Below are positions 10,001-19,172 of a stretch of 64,000 nucleotides of DNA, piece after piece (within the stretch, counting starts at the first letter, position 1; each line of letters opens with the position of its first letter). Position numbers and translations under genes: made by a program. Under the pieces are notes generated by a model. The model had not been told where the DNA came from, ran no database searches, and was given only the letters and a program-made list of their open reading frames with translations. This DNA comes from a virus. The stretch covers positions 1-64,000 of the IMG/VR virus record IMGVR_UViG_3300023116_000031; one strand, given 5' to 3'.

Positions 10001-10962
10001 GTTGCTGTGTCTGGGTCGGCCGTCGTATTGAGGCTGATAGTAACACCATCTCCGCCTCTCAGATCCAGTCGGTTGTTTCCATCTCCTGTTGCAACACCTT
10101 CAACATAAATTTCATCAGCGTTGACATTGCCTGCTTCCATATTCGTCGCGACCCCGGCTTCGCACTTCTTCATGTTCGTGCCGTCATACCAAATGCCAGC
10201 CACTATTTCGCCCGCCCCTGTGTTAGTGCCGCAGGTGAAGCCTGGGACCCCTGCCGAAATCGCAATACCAGCCCCGCTCAGTGTAAGCAATCCGCTCGAT
10301 GTTATGGATGTTAGTGTTCCCACTTCAACAATGCTATTTGAGTCGAAAAATGCTGTGACAGCACTACCACTGGAATCGAAGCCGATGTTGATATTAGGTG
10401 ATGTAAGCACACCAGTCTGGAAAATCGGATCTGCGACTTCCGCCGCGGCCCCGCCGTCCGAGCCGGCGGCACCCGGGTCAACGCTAACCGTCGATCCACC
10501 AGCCGCTACAGGTTGACACTCCCACCCATTCGTTGTGTCCCATTGGAGGACATCATTATCGAAGCAGGTTCGCAGTAGAGACAGATTAGTAGCATCGAAC
10601 TCCAGACCAGGGCCTGTGCTATGGAGTGTGATGTTGAGCGTAACGGTGTCCGGGTTTGGAACCGTATCAAGATCAAGCTCAATACCATTACCATCCAAGA
10701 AGTTCACGGTGGAATCGGGTGTGACAGTACCATTAATTTGAACAGCATCACCACCACCAGAAGTTAGCGAATTAACATCAGTTTTTATGGAATTAAGAAC
10801 AGTATCAATCTGATTCATGTGTGTGGATGTGATGCGGTCACCTCGATTAAATCCGTTCGGTCTCCCATCAAACCCATCCCAAATAACAGTTGCAAAAGCC
10901 AGTCCGGGGAGTAGACTAAATACTGTCAGAAGCGCAAGTGCCAGAGGCATCGTTCGTCTCAT
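7045..10962 (-). CDS. Signal-peptide-bearing fibre/adhesin-like protein (1305 aa)
   Basis: Signal peptide MRRTMPLALALLTVFSLLPGLAFA; G/S/T-rich beta repeats (D.D....NWSI..GG); C-x6-W-x5/6-W-x-C units. Confidence 0.7.
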   Translation of the reverse strand: MRRTMPLALALLTVFSLLPGLAFATVIWDGFDGRPNGFNRGDRITSTHMNQIDTVLNSIKTDVNSLTSGGGDAVQINGTVTPDSTVNFLDGNGIELDLDTVPNPDTVTLNITLHSTGPGLEFDATNLSLLRTCFDNDVLQWDTTNGWECQPVAAGGSTVSVDPGAAGSDGGAAAEVADPIFQTGVLTSPNINIGFDSSGSAVTAFFDSNSIVEVGTLTSITSSGLLTLSGAGIAISAGVPGFTCGTNTGAGEIVAGIWYDGTNMKKCEAGVATNMEAGNVNADEIYVEGVATGDGNNRLDLRGGDGVTISLNTTADPDTATFAVDLNGAVDGVGSNSNLSGLEFTQSGELAILQGCSNGDTIAWNETSSLWQCGARTVGSSSIQVDSSGTIIQSADLQDTSTVNVTDTSGVVTFDVIGTGITSLGSLTTELVVSNLGAEFVAGELTNCNTFDNANGGIFYNDSEGKFKKCEDNVLSDLAPDVNNISAAVNITGTTTSATSLLDLIPSLDSGGSGAAGQPAFRIYGFNPVSGGGGATVDTTNTVFDVFHNGSVRVTNNLTGFPDPTKGVGTSNWVIPPSGAAQFQSLSDTDGPGDNWSIAPGGTAIFQGTTVSSLTVLGVSDIDSAVVGGADFTDRFFTPTVEIYSGVANEVGLVVASREGTDANPVFVISEDRTDPASTGNPIQMFDTGLIYAEALRDRSNAYASGGNWEITAGGEGKFKDITNTGALTNTGALTQNGGNATLTSGATELFTIGDGTALAGKAEIGGTQDQPQLVVQGHSTQTDSVFVVEDNAGTELFNVDADGAVYAQSIGDIDVPSTNWSISSGGVGSLKSLTDIDSPVEWSISDNGSAAFDGTLSVGDDIAGRTGKVEIGGQSTVTQLIVRGADGQPGVAGNPLLDLITFAGASVFKAWADGEVRTQAIQDLDGPGTNWGITSAGAITGTSVNTPSLTSTQTITHSGGNASLATAATNRLIVGAGTSTDGKVKIKGDDRTIASLLVEAPPVGVDMAPVVHVQRDGGSLDLLRLDQSGQLFVEAIKDEDTASSNWSVDVNGNALFNNIDVTSKLTAAGSLNYDIDTFDGATDYAGDPGSGSTTLDASFSTLCTGVSDPDYCQLTIGVGRDVSTFPEIKIYDGVSTDGSTSTHYIEFNGGTAGPVTLRAGSNGANLDLGSGTIRGNVDVRYLDYGDGSEDIPIPFANGQWYFIDTRGSGPFVLPDSSTLSDGANLCIHGLYATDFTIQTGASHAPIFFNGTLFETPGGGTVSPTISGQAGLSSFICMMLINPTSLQPTWYVLGRDGTYIGANGS

Positions 10963-10995
10963 GTTTGAAATCTCCTTGCGTAAAAGTGCTGTCCC

Positions 10996-11002
10996 TATTT
11001 AT
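10996..11002 (-). promoter_or_regulatory. T4-type late promoter
   Basis: ATAAATA on the minus strand, about 35 bp upstream of the fibre-gene start. Confidence 0.6.
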
Positions 11003-11020
11003 GCGAACAGAGAGCCGAGT

Positions 11021-11161
11021 ATGCCTAAGACAAATCGTATACGAGAGTCCATTCTTACCGAGAAAGAGATTGAGATCGTTCCTGTTCGAGATAAGATCAT
11101 GGATCAACTTGACATAGCAGAAGATAATATACTGGAGATCACCGATGAAGAACAAGATTGA
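11021..11161 (+). CDS. Small hypothetical protein
   Basis: ATG-initiated part of ORF 10817..11161; overlaps the start of the next gene. Confidence 0.4.
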   Translation: MPKTNRIRESILTEKEIEIVPVRDKIMDQLDIAEDNILEITDEEQD

Positions 11162-11522
11162 TGACATTCTGGCTGGCTATGACGACGGCGACTTTTCGTT
11201 TGAGGCTATCGACCTGCCTGATCCTCCAGAAATCGAAGATCGTGAGCCATTTATTGCTGCTCCCCCCATGTCTACCGAACACCTTGAGGACATGATCGGT
11301 CAACTGAACGATCGACTGGATTCCATGCAATCTCACCTTGAGGGTGCAACACCAGAATATCAGAGAGACATGAAGTCTCTCGAACAGCTCATTATGCCTT
11401 TGTTAGTCAAGCTATCCAAAGGGGATCAAGAATACATTAAGTGGCCCAATCGACAAGATCAGGTCAAGAATCAAATGCAACGCATTCTAGCCATTACACG
11501 GAAGTATATAGTAGAGGAGTAG
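11145..11522 (+). CDS. Conserved T4-like phage hypothetical protein
   Basis: LIMPLL..L.K...EYIKWPNR motif. Confidence 0.65.
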   Translation: MKNKIDDILAGYDDGDFSFEAIDLPDPPEIEDREPFIAAPPMSTEHLEDMIGQLNDRLDSMQSHLEGATPEYQRDMKSLEQLIMPLLVKLSKGDQEYIKWPNRQDQVKNQMQRILAITRKYIVEE

Positions 11523-11524
11523 GT

Positions 11525-12370
11525 ATGAAGTCTTTCAAAACTTTCATTACCGAGGCCGGCGCAAACTATGAGCGTCAAGAGAATGAACTAATCCGATCCA
11601 TCAAGGCAGCTTACAAGAAGAATGGTAGACGACCATTTACGCTGGTGGACAAGGAAGGTAAGCGCCTAAAGAACATCGTTGACGCAAAGAAGTTCGATGA
11701 TAAGGTTACCACAGGACATGAGCCATATACTGATGTCCAGCTCATCACAAGCACGGGTCGCAAGATCAACCTGTCGAACAAGGGAGACAGCGCACCATCT
11801 GTGGCTGGTGGTGGAATCGAAGGCCTTGAAGAGATTGTACCTGGGATCACCAAGAATCTCTGTGCAGCAGCGCGGAAGTGGTATAAAGCCAACGGATATA
11901 AGACGGGAGACTATGGCGTTGATCTGTTCGCGAAAGTCAATGAGGACGACAAGGAGAAGATCATCATCGGCACCAAGAAGATGGGCGGGCCCATTCACTA
12001 TATGTACGTTGGACCAATGGACGTAAAGTCTGACTGGGATGGTGAAGCAGGCGAGCTGACCGTCAATGGTAGAATGACCCCATCCAAGACATACGCTGCG
12101 AAGTACGAGATCCATTACCGCATTCGCCGCCGACGCAAGCATATGCGACTCGACCTTGAATCCAAGGATCGACGTGGTTATTACTCGCTACTCGCAACAC
12201 CACAGGACATCGAAGTCAAAGATCCAAAGACGGGTAAAATGAAGTTCAACGAGAAGAAGTATGGAACAGAGGGCAAGAAAGAGTGGAATGCGAAGCCGAA
12301 GCGAGAAGTGAATCGCCGCATCGTCATTTCTAAAGCACCACCCAAGAACGCCAACATCGTAGTATTCTAA
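11525..12370 (+). CDS. Putative PD-(D/E)xK nuclease with a capsid-targeting-like N-terminus
   Basis: Starts MKSFKTFITE after a GAGGAG/AGG RBS; ERQE...EPYTDV...NLSNKG; paralog of 43500..44555. Confidence 0.55.
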   Translation: MKSFKTFITEAGANYERQENELIRSIKAAYKKNGRRPFTLVDKEGKRLKNIVDAKKFDDKVTTGHEPYTDVQLITSTGRKINLSNKGDSAPSVAGGGIEGLEEIVPGITKNLCAAARKWYKANGYKTGDYGVDLFAKVNEDDKEKIIIGTKKMGGPIHYMYVGPMDVKSDWDGEAGELTVNGRMTPSKTYAAKYEIHYRIRRRRKHMRLDLESKDRRGYYSLLATPQDIEVKDPKTGKMKFNEKKYGTEGKKEWNAKPKREVNRRIVISKAPPKNANIVVF

Positions 12371-12543
12371 TGGAGAGATGACATGACTTGGAGCAAGTTC
12401 AAAAGCGATTTGAGCGAGAGTTTCATTCTCGGTATGTTTGGATTTGCTATCGGGCTTGCGCTTCTGATCATATATATTCCGTATTTCATATTCTATGATG
12501 TACCACGCACAATAGACAAACTAATAACTCGACTGGTGAGAGG

Positions 12544-12876
12544 ATGATAATGAAGAGACTTGAGAGCTTTGCTCATGTGATGATGGGATTTGGTGCTGGG
12601 CTGGTGAACCTTCGGCTGCTACTTAACATGCGTGAACTAAAACAACTGCCACCCGAGAACGACAAGAACCCTGTGTTATGGATACCATACATCGGAGAGA
12701 AGAACTGGGACTGGTGTAAAGCGTTTCGTGGCTCCGCATATGGTGGCAAGGAATACTGGTCAAAAGAAAGAGTGATGGACACACTCAACGACTCGTGGGA
12801 GTATCGTGTAGGGGAAACCATCTCTTGGTTCTTCGTGTTAGGTGGTGGCATGGCCATCGGAAAGTATCTGCTCTGA
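12544..12876 (+). CDS. Hypothetical membrane protein
   Basis: Hydrophobic segments at both termini. Confidence 0.5.
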   Translation: MIMKRLESFAHVMMGFGAGLVNLRLLLNMRELKQLPPENDKNPVLWIPYIGEKNWDWCKAFRGSAYGGKEYWSKERVMDTLNDSWEYRVGETISWFFVLGGGMAIGKYLL

Positions 12877-12886
12877 GGAGACAACA

Positions 12887-13759
12887 ATGTATCGTATCAT
12901 CATTACAATCGTGGCTGTATTGCTTTTCGTGTCACCATCACAGGCTGTTAAGGTAGATCAGGGTGGTAAGGTTCTGAACGAACATGCAGTTCAGATCGGT
13001 GGCAAGCGATCACCATTAGGGTCAAATGCTCCTGTTCAATCATCTGCTGGCACTTTCTATGGTGTTAGTTTTGCTCCAGCTTACACACCTGCATGTGCAT
13101 CACCATATAGCGGATTTCCGATTGATTTTGAGGGATCTGGAACTTGTGCTGCTCAAGAGGCCCAAATCACATTCGCCACGAGCGGCACCGATTGTGACTA
13201 CACAACAACTGTGCTGGAGGGATCGGAGTCTGCTTATCTAAATGGACAAGAACTTAGAATGCTACTTGGAGGAGTGGCAACTGACTATAAATCGGCTAAG
13301 ACTCGAATGGCATGGAGATATAGATATGTCACTGAACCCAATAATAATCGTCTTTTCGTTCAGCCCATGAATGGAGCTACCGTGACTCCAGTTTCATGTA
13401 CCTCAAGTCATTGTATGAAACTATACAGTCTTGTTAGTAGCCCGAACATACAATATAGATTTTATGATACTGAAGGCGCCCCTCCTTACTTCAGCTCGAC
13501 TAGCACAGGTAGTTCACTCGTAACTGGAACAACGTATCTAATGTGCTATGAATATGATCCATCGGTTGATACATCTTGGTTCTTCGTTGATGAGGTAGAC
13601 GGAGAATGGTGCGCTGGAGCCTATGCTTCTTTGAACTGGGCAGGGAATGGCGCAAATGTCGCTGTCACCGACTTTAACGCATTTGGTATCACAGCAGATT
13701 TTGGTGCCAATCTATATGAAGCTATTGTTGATGAGATCACAGCTTGTGATGCTCCATAA
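12887..13759 (+). CDS. Secreted Cys-containing beta-sandwich/lectin-like protein, paralog A
   Basis: GAGGAG RBS; signal peptide MYRIIITIVAVLLFVSPSQA; N-terminus nearly identical to the next gene. Confidence 0.65.
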   Translation: MYRIIITIVAVLLFVSPSQAVKVDQGGKVLNEHAVQIGGKRSPLGSNAPVQSSAGTFYGVSFAPAYTPACASPYSGFPIDFEGSGTCAAQEAQITFATSGTDCDYTTTVLEGSESAYLNGQELRMLLGGVATDYKSAKTRMAWRYRYVTEPNNNRLFVQPMNGATVTPVSCTSSHCMKLYSLVSSPNIQYRFYDTEGAPPYFSSTSTGSSLVTGTTYLMCYEYDPSVDTSWFFVDEVDGEWCAGAYASLNWAGNGANVAVTDFNAFGITADFGANLYEAIVDEITACDAP

Positions 13760-13779
13760 CACATTTTAAGGAGATACTA

Positions 13780-14628
13780 ATGTATCGTATCATTTTTACA
13801 ATCGTGGCTGTATTGCTTTTCGTGGGCCCTTCGCAAGCTGTTAAGGTAGAGCAAGGCGGTAAGGTTCTGACTGAGCATGTAGTCCAAATGGGAGGCAAAC
13901 GATCACCATTAGGGCCAAATGCTCCTGTTCAATCATCTGCTGGCACTTTCTATGGTGTTAGTTTTGTCACAGAAACCCCAGCATGTGCATCACCATTCAC
14001 CAACTTCCCTATGACGTTTGAAGGAACCGGAACTTGTGTTTCCCAAGAAGCTGCAATATCCACTGTCACCGGTACTGGAACAAACTGTGATTACACTGGG
14101 GTCGTGTTGCAAGGATCTGAATCAGCACAAATTAACAGTGATGGAACTAACTTATGGTCCTCTATAAACGCAACTCAATCGTTTTCTGCACAGAATGGCA
14201 ATATAAGAGCAGCGTTCTATTATCATGTAGAGAACTGGCCTCTCTCAGCCAGACAATTTTTCAACTTCACAAAGGGAACGATAGGTCAATGGCCTTATAT
14301 CTATCAGTATCCAGGCGTTGGCGCAGGCACAGGCACGATGCGAATTTTTGATCTTGGTGGAGATTCACAAATTGTGGTAGTCGCAAACATAAGCCTTAAC
14401 ACAACTTACAAAGTGTGTATAGATTTTAACAATCCAACCGACCTGTTCACAGTTTATGTTGATGCTGTTGATGGTGAATGGTGTACCGGAGCTGTAGGAA
14501 CGAACTCTACACAAGGAGTGAATTTATCACCCGATATTGACGGCTTCTTGCTATCAGCATTCAGTAACAATGATGGAAATCAAGGAAAAACATGGGTGAC
14601 TGACGAGATTTCCGTTTGTAATTTCTAA
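13780..14628 (+). CDS. Secreted Cys-containing beta-sandwich/lectin-like protein, paralog B
   Basis: Signal peptide MYRIIFTIVAVLLFVGPSQA; shares the Cys pattern, VD.VDGEWC and DEI..C with paralog A. Confidence 0.65.
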   Translation: MYRIIFTIVAVLLFVGPSQAVKVEQGGKVLTEHVVQMGGKRSPLGPNAPVQSSAGTFYGVSFVTETPACASPFTNFPMTFEGTGTCVSQEAAISTVTGTGTNCDYTGVVLQGSESAQINSDGTNLWSSINATQSFSAQNGNIRAAFYYHVENWPLSARQFFNFTKGTIGQWPYIYQYPGVGAGTGTMRIFDLGGDSQIVVVANISLNTTYKVCIDFNNPTDLFTVYVDAVDGEWCTGAVGTNSTQGVNLSPDIDGFLLSAFSNNDGNQGKTWVTDEISVCNF

Positions 14629-14651
14629 TGATACCCCAACGTGAGAATCGA

Positions 14652-14692
14652 CTAAATAGAAGCAGCATTTAGGGAAAACTCCTAATGCTGCT
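14652..14692 (+). promoter_or_regulatory. Late promoter followed by a leader hairpin
   Basis: CTAAATA, then an AGCAGCATTTAGG/CCTAATGCTGCT stem. Confidence 0.5.
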
Positions 14693-14721
14693 GCTCGAAA
14701 CTCTCACGCAAGGATCAAAAA

Positions 14722-15057
14722 ATGGATGCCGAACCCGTCAACTATGTAACTGCACAAATAGCAATGGCTCCATACTACTTGGAGGGAGTGGCCGCAGTTG
14801 GAACGGTGTTCGCAGGAGCAATCTATCGTCTATGGCAGCGTGTTGACCATGACCACAAAGTCACAAAGGTCGAACTTCAGAAGTGTCTTGATGAGCATAG
14901 TCTGACAAAGCAAGAGATGTCTGACATTCGCGAAGAGCTTGGCTTTGTACGCGGGCGCCAAGACGGCATCGAAGATATGTCACGCAATGTGCTGGATACC
15001 ATCGCACGCGGAAATTGTGCGAGAATGGATAGCGGCACATCACCAAAAAACGACTAA
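14722..15057 (+). CDS. Single-TM, coiled-coil membrane protein (possible lysis accessory)
   Basis: One hydrophobic helix followed by a heptad-rich region. Confidence 0.5.
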   Translation: MDAEPVNYVTAQIAMAPYYLEGVAAVGTVFAGAIYRLWQRVDHDHKVTKVELQKCLDEHSLTKQEMSDIREELGFVRGRQDGIEDMSRNVLDTIARGNCARMDSGTSPKND

Positions 15058-16049
15058 CGCACCGATCCTCGAATCTCACCACGGCGTCGAGCATCACCTA
15101 CTGCTCGTGTGAACTCGGATGCTGTGTCGTGATAACTGAATGTAAACTTATATTTCTTGGCCAATGCGAACATCATGCGATTGATGCTAAGTAGCACGTC
15201 AGGGTTCGTTTCAATCTCACTCACCCATGTCTTCTCACGGGGAAAGAACGCAGTGATAAAGTCACTGTAGAAACTATGGTTTCGATAGATGTAGAGGTGC
15301 TTGATGTCGAAGTTGTTGACCACAAGCTCATCCCAACTCTCATCGTATTCGTCTGGATTTCTATCATACGCAGCTTGCATAAGCTCTCTCGCGACGATCT
15401 TTTTGTGCTTCTTCATGAGTGCTTCGAGCCCATCAATGTATTCTCTAACGATCCGCCCCTTGATAGTCTTGACGTTTGTTGATTGGTTTCCAACCTTCAT
15501 GTTCCAGCCATAAACAGCGCCTTCAATGTCCTTCCACCGATTGTTGATTTCTCGACGATCCCGAGTGTCAGCCACATTCCACGCACTTGCGTCCATGCCT
15601 GCATACTTCGCAAGTAGTTCGAGTCGCAGACTCAAAATCTTGTCAATCACGTCACGCCCCGGACCATCCCAACTAAACACGTTCTGTGCAGCTACCCATC
15701 GTCTGCCATTACCATCCGGCTGCGACATAATGTCCTCTGGGTAGTCGATCAAAATGTCCGCATCAATGTCCGCAACGACACCACCTCTCGTCTGAACACC
15801 ACTCACCAGAGATGTCGCACCCATATGAGTGAACGCGCTGATGCTCTTTCTCTTGCCTTGGAGCTTGAAAAACTCCTTCATTTTTGAAGCATCCATCAAG
15901 TGTCGCACGCGATCACGAGGAACATTGCCCATGACACGTTTCATAATCGTCGAACTAACAGGCACAAACAAAGAGGAAGTAAAGATAAACTCGGTGACTT
16001 TCTTTGTCCACGCTGGCGCTTCTTCCAGATACTCATTAAATCCCTTCAT
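15054..16049 (-). CDS. Hypothetical protein with a capsid-targeting-like N-terminus
   Basis: Starts MKGFNEYLEE after an AGGAG RBS. Confidence 0.6.
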   Translation of the reverse strand: MKGFNEYLEEAPAWTKKVTEFIFTSSLFVPVSSTIMKRVMGNVPRDRVRHLMDASKMKEFFKLQGKRKSISAFTHMGATSLVSGVQTRGGVVADIDADILIDYPEDIMSQPDGNGRRWVAAQNVFSWDGPGRDVIDKILSLRLELLAKYAGMDASAWNVADTRDRREINNRWKDIEGAVYGWNMKVGNQSTNVKTIKGRIVREYIDGLEALMKKHKKIVARELMQAAYDRNPDEYDESWDELVVNNFDIKHLYIYRNHSFYSDFITAFFPREKTWVSEIETNPDVLLSINRMMFALAKKYKFTFSYHDTASEFTRAVGDARRRGEIRGSVR

Positions 16050-16060
16050 GGGTAGTTCTC

Positions 16061-16498
16061 CTAGTAGAAAATCTTGACCTGATCGTCTTTGGCTAAAGCC
16101 TTCAGCGTGCGAGACTTGTTCAACCATTTCTTGTTGTTGCCCTTTGTCATCACGTCATTGGTGAAGAATACACTTACGGGCGTATTCGCACCATAAGAAA
16201 CCGTCCCTTGCCCAAAGTCATCACCATCTGCGATTGCCATTCCACCACGATCCAACTTCAATCCAAGTTCGCCAGCAGCGACTTGTGCGTGTAGAGCAGA
16301 ACTCGCATTCCAAGCATAGAAATCACCAGCCGGGCTAATAATGAACCGCAGCTCGTCATATTTTTTGATAGCCGCTTCAAGCTCTCGTCGTGTCGGATTG
16401 ATTAGCCCATCCACAGTTCGAGCAGGTGCACCCGGCATACGAATATACATCAGGTCGCGCCGTTTTTCAGTCAACACATAACATCCAAACCGTTTCAT
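16061..16498 (-). CDS. Hypothetical protein
   Basis: Starts MKRFGCYVLTE; overlaps the upstream stop by 4 bp. Confidence 0.55.
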   Translation of the reverse strand: MKRFGCYVLTEKRRDLMYIRMPGAPARTVDGLINPTRRELEAAIKKYDELRFIISPAGDFYAWNASSALHAQVAAGELGLKLDRGGMAIADGDDFGQGTVSYGANTPVSVFFTNDVMTKGNNKKWLNKSRTLKALAKDDQVKIFY

Positions 16499-17091
16499 CG
16501 CCCCACCCTCCGAATGGCTCCATTCACCACCAAATGCTTGCGAAACTCAATGCTCGTGAACTCCTTGGCCAGCTCATCCAGTATATTCACGTTGGGAGCA
16601 TGATCATCATAGATGCTCACCACCGAGGGAGAAAATCGCCCAATGAACTTGCGTATGATATAAGCCTTTCGCTCCTCGACTGTTCCACGCTTCAAATTGC
16701 CCGAAAGCTCAAGCCTCAAGTTCGGTGCATTGACACGAAGGCTATGATCCAACAGAGCATCCTTGAACAACCGATTGCTGTCAAACGAGGCCCGCGCTGT
16801 CAACAACACAACCATCGTATTCGAAGCCCTTAGCTGTTTTTTCACTCGCTCCAACGATCCCGAAATAGCCTCCGATGTCGCACGAAAGAAAGCAGCATTA
16901 CGAAACTGGCCATAGTCAAAAGTCTCACCCGGACCCAATCGGTAACTATTGTATTCTGCATTACTCAAAGCCCGAACCACACGCGAGCCCCGCATAACAT
17001 TCACCCGCGCACGAGTCCTAAAAATCGTGTCGTCAATATCCCAGAAGGAAAGGTGATCATAGCTGCGTCGCCCCTCGACTAACAACATCAC
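16495..17091 (-). CDS. HAD-superfamily phosphatase
   Basis: Motif I WDIDDT, motif II LLTAR, a conserved Lys, and motif IV IYDD. Confidence 0.75.
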   Translation of the reverse strand: MMLLVEGRRSYDHLSFWDIDDTIFRTRARVNVMRGSRVVRALSNAEYNSYRLGPGETFDYGQFRNAAFFRATSEAISGSLERVKKQLRASNTMVVLLTARASFDSNRLFKDALLDHSLRVNAPNLRLELSGNLKRGTVEERKAYIIRKFIGRFSPSVVSIYDDHAPNVNILDELAKEFTSIEFRKHLVVNGAIRRVGR

Positions 17092-17249
17092 TATCTTCGC
17101 AACCTCCGAACCACAATACGATACCCAATCACCGCAAAGACAACCACAACCACCGCATACTCGTGACTAATAAGAAAGTCAAGGCCTGTGTCGATTACTC
17201 TCTCTACAGTCTTCAAAAGGTCTTTGGTAAACTTTGCTATTGCATCCAT
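17091..17249 (-). CDS. 52-aa single-TM protein (not in the ORF track)
   Basis: Hand translation: MDAIAKF...YAVVVVVFAVIGYRIVVRRLRR. Confidence 0.55.
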   Translation of the reverse strand: MDAIAKFTKDLLKTVERVIDTGLDFLISHEYAVVVVVFAVIGYRIVVRRLRR

Positions 17250-17255
17250 TCCAGT

Positions 17256-17384
17256 CTACCTCTGATTCATCTTCCGTATTGTGGAAATCAGCCCAACCAA
17301 CAATGCTGTTGCTGTAGCCAATACAATAGCGATGTCATATTCAACTAACACATCATGGATGGTGTGAACGATCTCTTCTGACAT
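17256..17384 (-). CDS. 42-aa single-TM protein (not in the ORF track)
   Basis: Hand translation: MSEEIVH...IAIVLATATALLVGLISTIRKMNQR; AGGAG RBS. Confidence 0.55.
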   Translation of the reverse strand: MSEEIVHTIHDVLVEYDIAIVLATATALLVGLISTIRKMNQR

Positions 17385-17409
17385 TACCTTCTCCTTGTTA
17401 GGTTCCCCC

Positions 17410-17416
17410 TATTTAT
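17410..17416 (-). promoter_or_regulatory. T4-type late promoter for the leftward operon
   Basis: ATAAATA on the minus strand, upstream of 17384. Confidence 0.6.
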
Positions 17417-17530
17417 GCATGTTAGTTTAGCCGAAACCATGACACGTTGCGTCAAAAGGTCAAAAAAGCTATTCAAAAGAGATAGAAAAGAAGCCAAATC
17501 GTGTAGGAAGAGGTCAGGAACAGCAGCCAG

Positions 17531-17583
17531 GAACAGCCGATGTAGCGCGCGGAAGGACAGAAGAACAGCCGATGTAGCGCGCG
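17531..17583 (+). repeat. Two copies of a 21-bp direct repeat
   Basis: GAACAGCCGATGTAGCGCGCG at 17531 and 17563. Confidence 0.85.
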
Positions 17584-17599
17584 AAGCGCGCGTAAAGGT
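17572..17599 (+). repeat. Left arm of a 28-bp inverted repeat
   Basis: 27/28 match to the reverse complement of 19877-19904. Confidence 0.85.
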
Positions 17600-17715
17600 G
17601 TGCTAATCAGTCATCTCAGCCCGCGTGTCAAGGGCGGCTGCACGCCCTTCCCCTGCGGGGAAAATCCGCAGAATCAGCCGCAACCCCTTGATTTTGCTCC
17701 GCTTTTCAGCCGAAC

Positions 17716-17768
17716 GTGACCCCGAGTCATCTTTTACCCCTTGACACGGGCTCGCAGGGAGCTACCTT
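17716..17768 (+). promoter_or_regulatory. Operator-like palindrome plus promoter
   Basis: GTGACCCCGAGTCAT, then TTGACA-N16-TACCTT. Confidence 0.6.
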
Positions 17769-18129
17769 TTGGATGCTGGGGGGAGTTCCCGGCGGAAAGG
17801 TGATCCCATGACTCTGACTGGTTTCTGTTTCGCGGCTGGAATGGCTGCCCTCGCGGGATGCGTCGCGTCCTATAAACGAGTCCACTGGATCGACTGCATC
17901 GGCATCTCGATCCTGGCTTTCGCCACTGGAGGCCTTCTCGTCATCACATTGGAGCCTGCACACTAATGCACTTAGAAACAGCACACTATACACCCACCAC
18001 TGAAGAGGCTCTCGAAACCGTTCGAGCTGAACGAGCCTTTTTGATTGAACTCTGCGCCGAGCTGCGGCGAGAGAATGAACGACTCCGAGCCGCTTTGATC
18101 GGTGTCCCTGAAGAGGAGCTTCCTTTCTA

Positions 18130-18462
18130 ATGAACGTCCATGCTTTCCCCATCTCTATTACTCGTCTCGAACTCTACTTTCCCGTTTCGGGCGAGGCTGA
18201 GGAAGTCTTTGCGCGGGAGGCTGCTATCGCGCCAGCCTTGGCTGCGCGTAAAGACGTAGGAGCCTCAGCCATCACTCGTCTGATCTTTACCGAGAACGAG
18301 GCTGTCTCAGCCGCTACGAATGCCATGCACCTGCGGAACCTGAAGGCCGCAGCCAAAGCCTACAACATGGCCTTCTTCTCGAAGTGGGTTTCGGCTGAGG
18401 CTGTGTTCGAGTGCGTGTCGAACTGGGCGCGAGGGGCTGCCTACGAGCTGACGGAGGTTTGA
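18130..18462 (+). CDS. Hypothetical early protein
   Basis: GAGGAG RBS; Ala-rich ORF. Confidence 0.55.
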   Translation: MNVHAFPISITRLELYFPVSGEAEEVFAREAAIAPALAARKDVGASAITRLIFTENEAVSAATNAMHLRNLKAAAKAYNMAFFSKWVSAEAVFECVSNWARGAAYELTEV

Positions 18463-18657
18463 AATGTCATTGATCGCCTGTGAAGTATGCACCACTGTTC
18501 TAGAGGCCGCGGCTGGCGACACGGTTGTCTGGGATGACCTGAGCCCCCTCTGTGTCGATTGCGCCGATGAGATTCCCCCGTGGGGACGACGCCCAGCTCG
18601 ACTACAGCGGCGTATGGCTCTGAATTATTTTCAGCCCTAGCCGGTCCTATCGCACCT

Positions 18658-18750
18658 ACAAAAAATAGTCTAAAACCCCTTTAAAATCAAGGGGTTGCGG
18701 CGGCGCAAATATTTGATTTCTGACCCATCTGGGCTATAATATGGGTGTAG
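18658..18750 (+). promoter_or_regulatory. Early promoter with an upstream 39-bp stem-loop repeat (copy 1)
   Basis: ACAAAAAATAGTCTAAAACCCCTTTAAAATCAAGGGGTT, then TTGATT-N16-TATAAT. Confidence 0.75.
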
Positions 18751-18898
18751 TGAGTGAGGAGAAAAGAGAGATGATCGAAACCCAAGCCCGAGTCCCCTTC
18801 CTTGAGGGTCACGTCGAAACCTTCCAATTTGAGATGATCGCCGTCGCTGTCGCGATCTTCCTCGCTCCCGTTTTCACCCTTCTCTAAAGGAAACCCAA

Positions 18899-19171
18899 AT
18901 GCCCAAAGCAATCACCGTATCTACCTTCAATCGCGAAGCTGGCGAGCTGAAATGGGAGTGTTCGTCGGTCGTCAGACCCAGCGATCTCTTTCGCCCGTGG
19001 GAACCCGAGAACATGGTCTCGGCGGCTACGAACTCGTTCGGAACCAGCGTCCTCATCAATGTCGATTCGGTCGAAACCTCGATGATGGCGAAACTGTCGC
19101 TCGAAGAAGCCATCGCGCTTCGCAAGGAACTCAACAAGGCGATCAACGCCGTCCGAAAGGAACTCAACTAA
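18899..19171 (+). CDS. Hypothetical early protein
   Basis: AAGGA RBS; GC3-biased codons. Confidence 0.6.
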   Translation: MPKAITVSTFNREAGELKWECSSVVRPSDLFRPWEPENMVSAATNSFGTSVLINVDSVETSMMAKLSLEEAIALRKELNKAINAVRKELN

Positions 19172-19172
19172 C

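Noticed and set aside
12887-14628. Diversity-generating retroelement (TR/VR pair)
   Set aside because: No reverse transcriptase is present, the identity is at the 5' end, and the differences are not adenine-specific.
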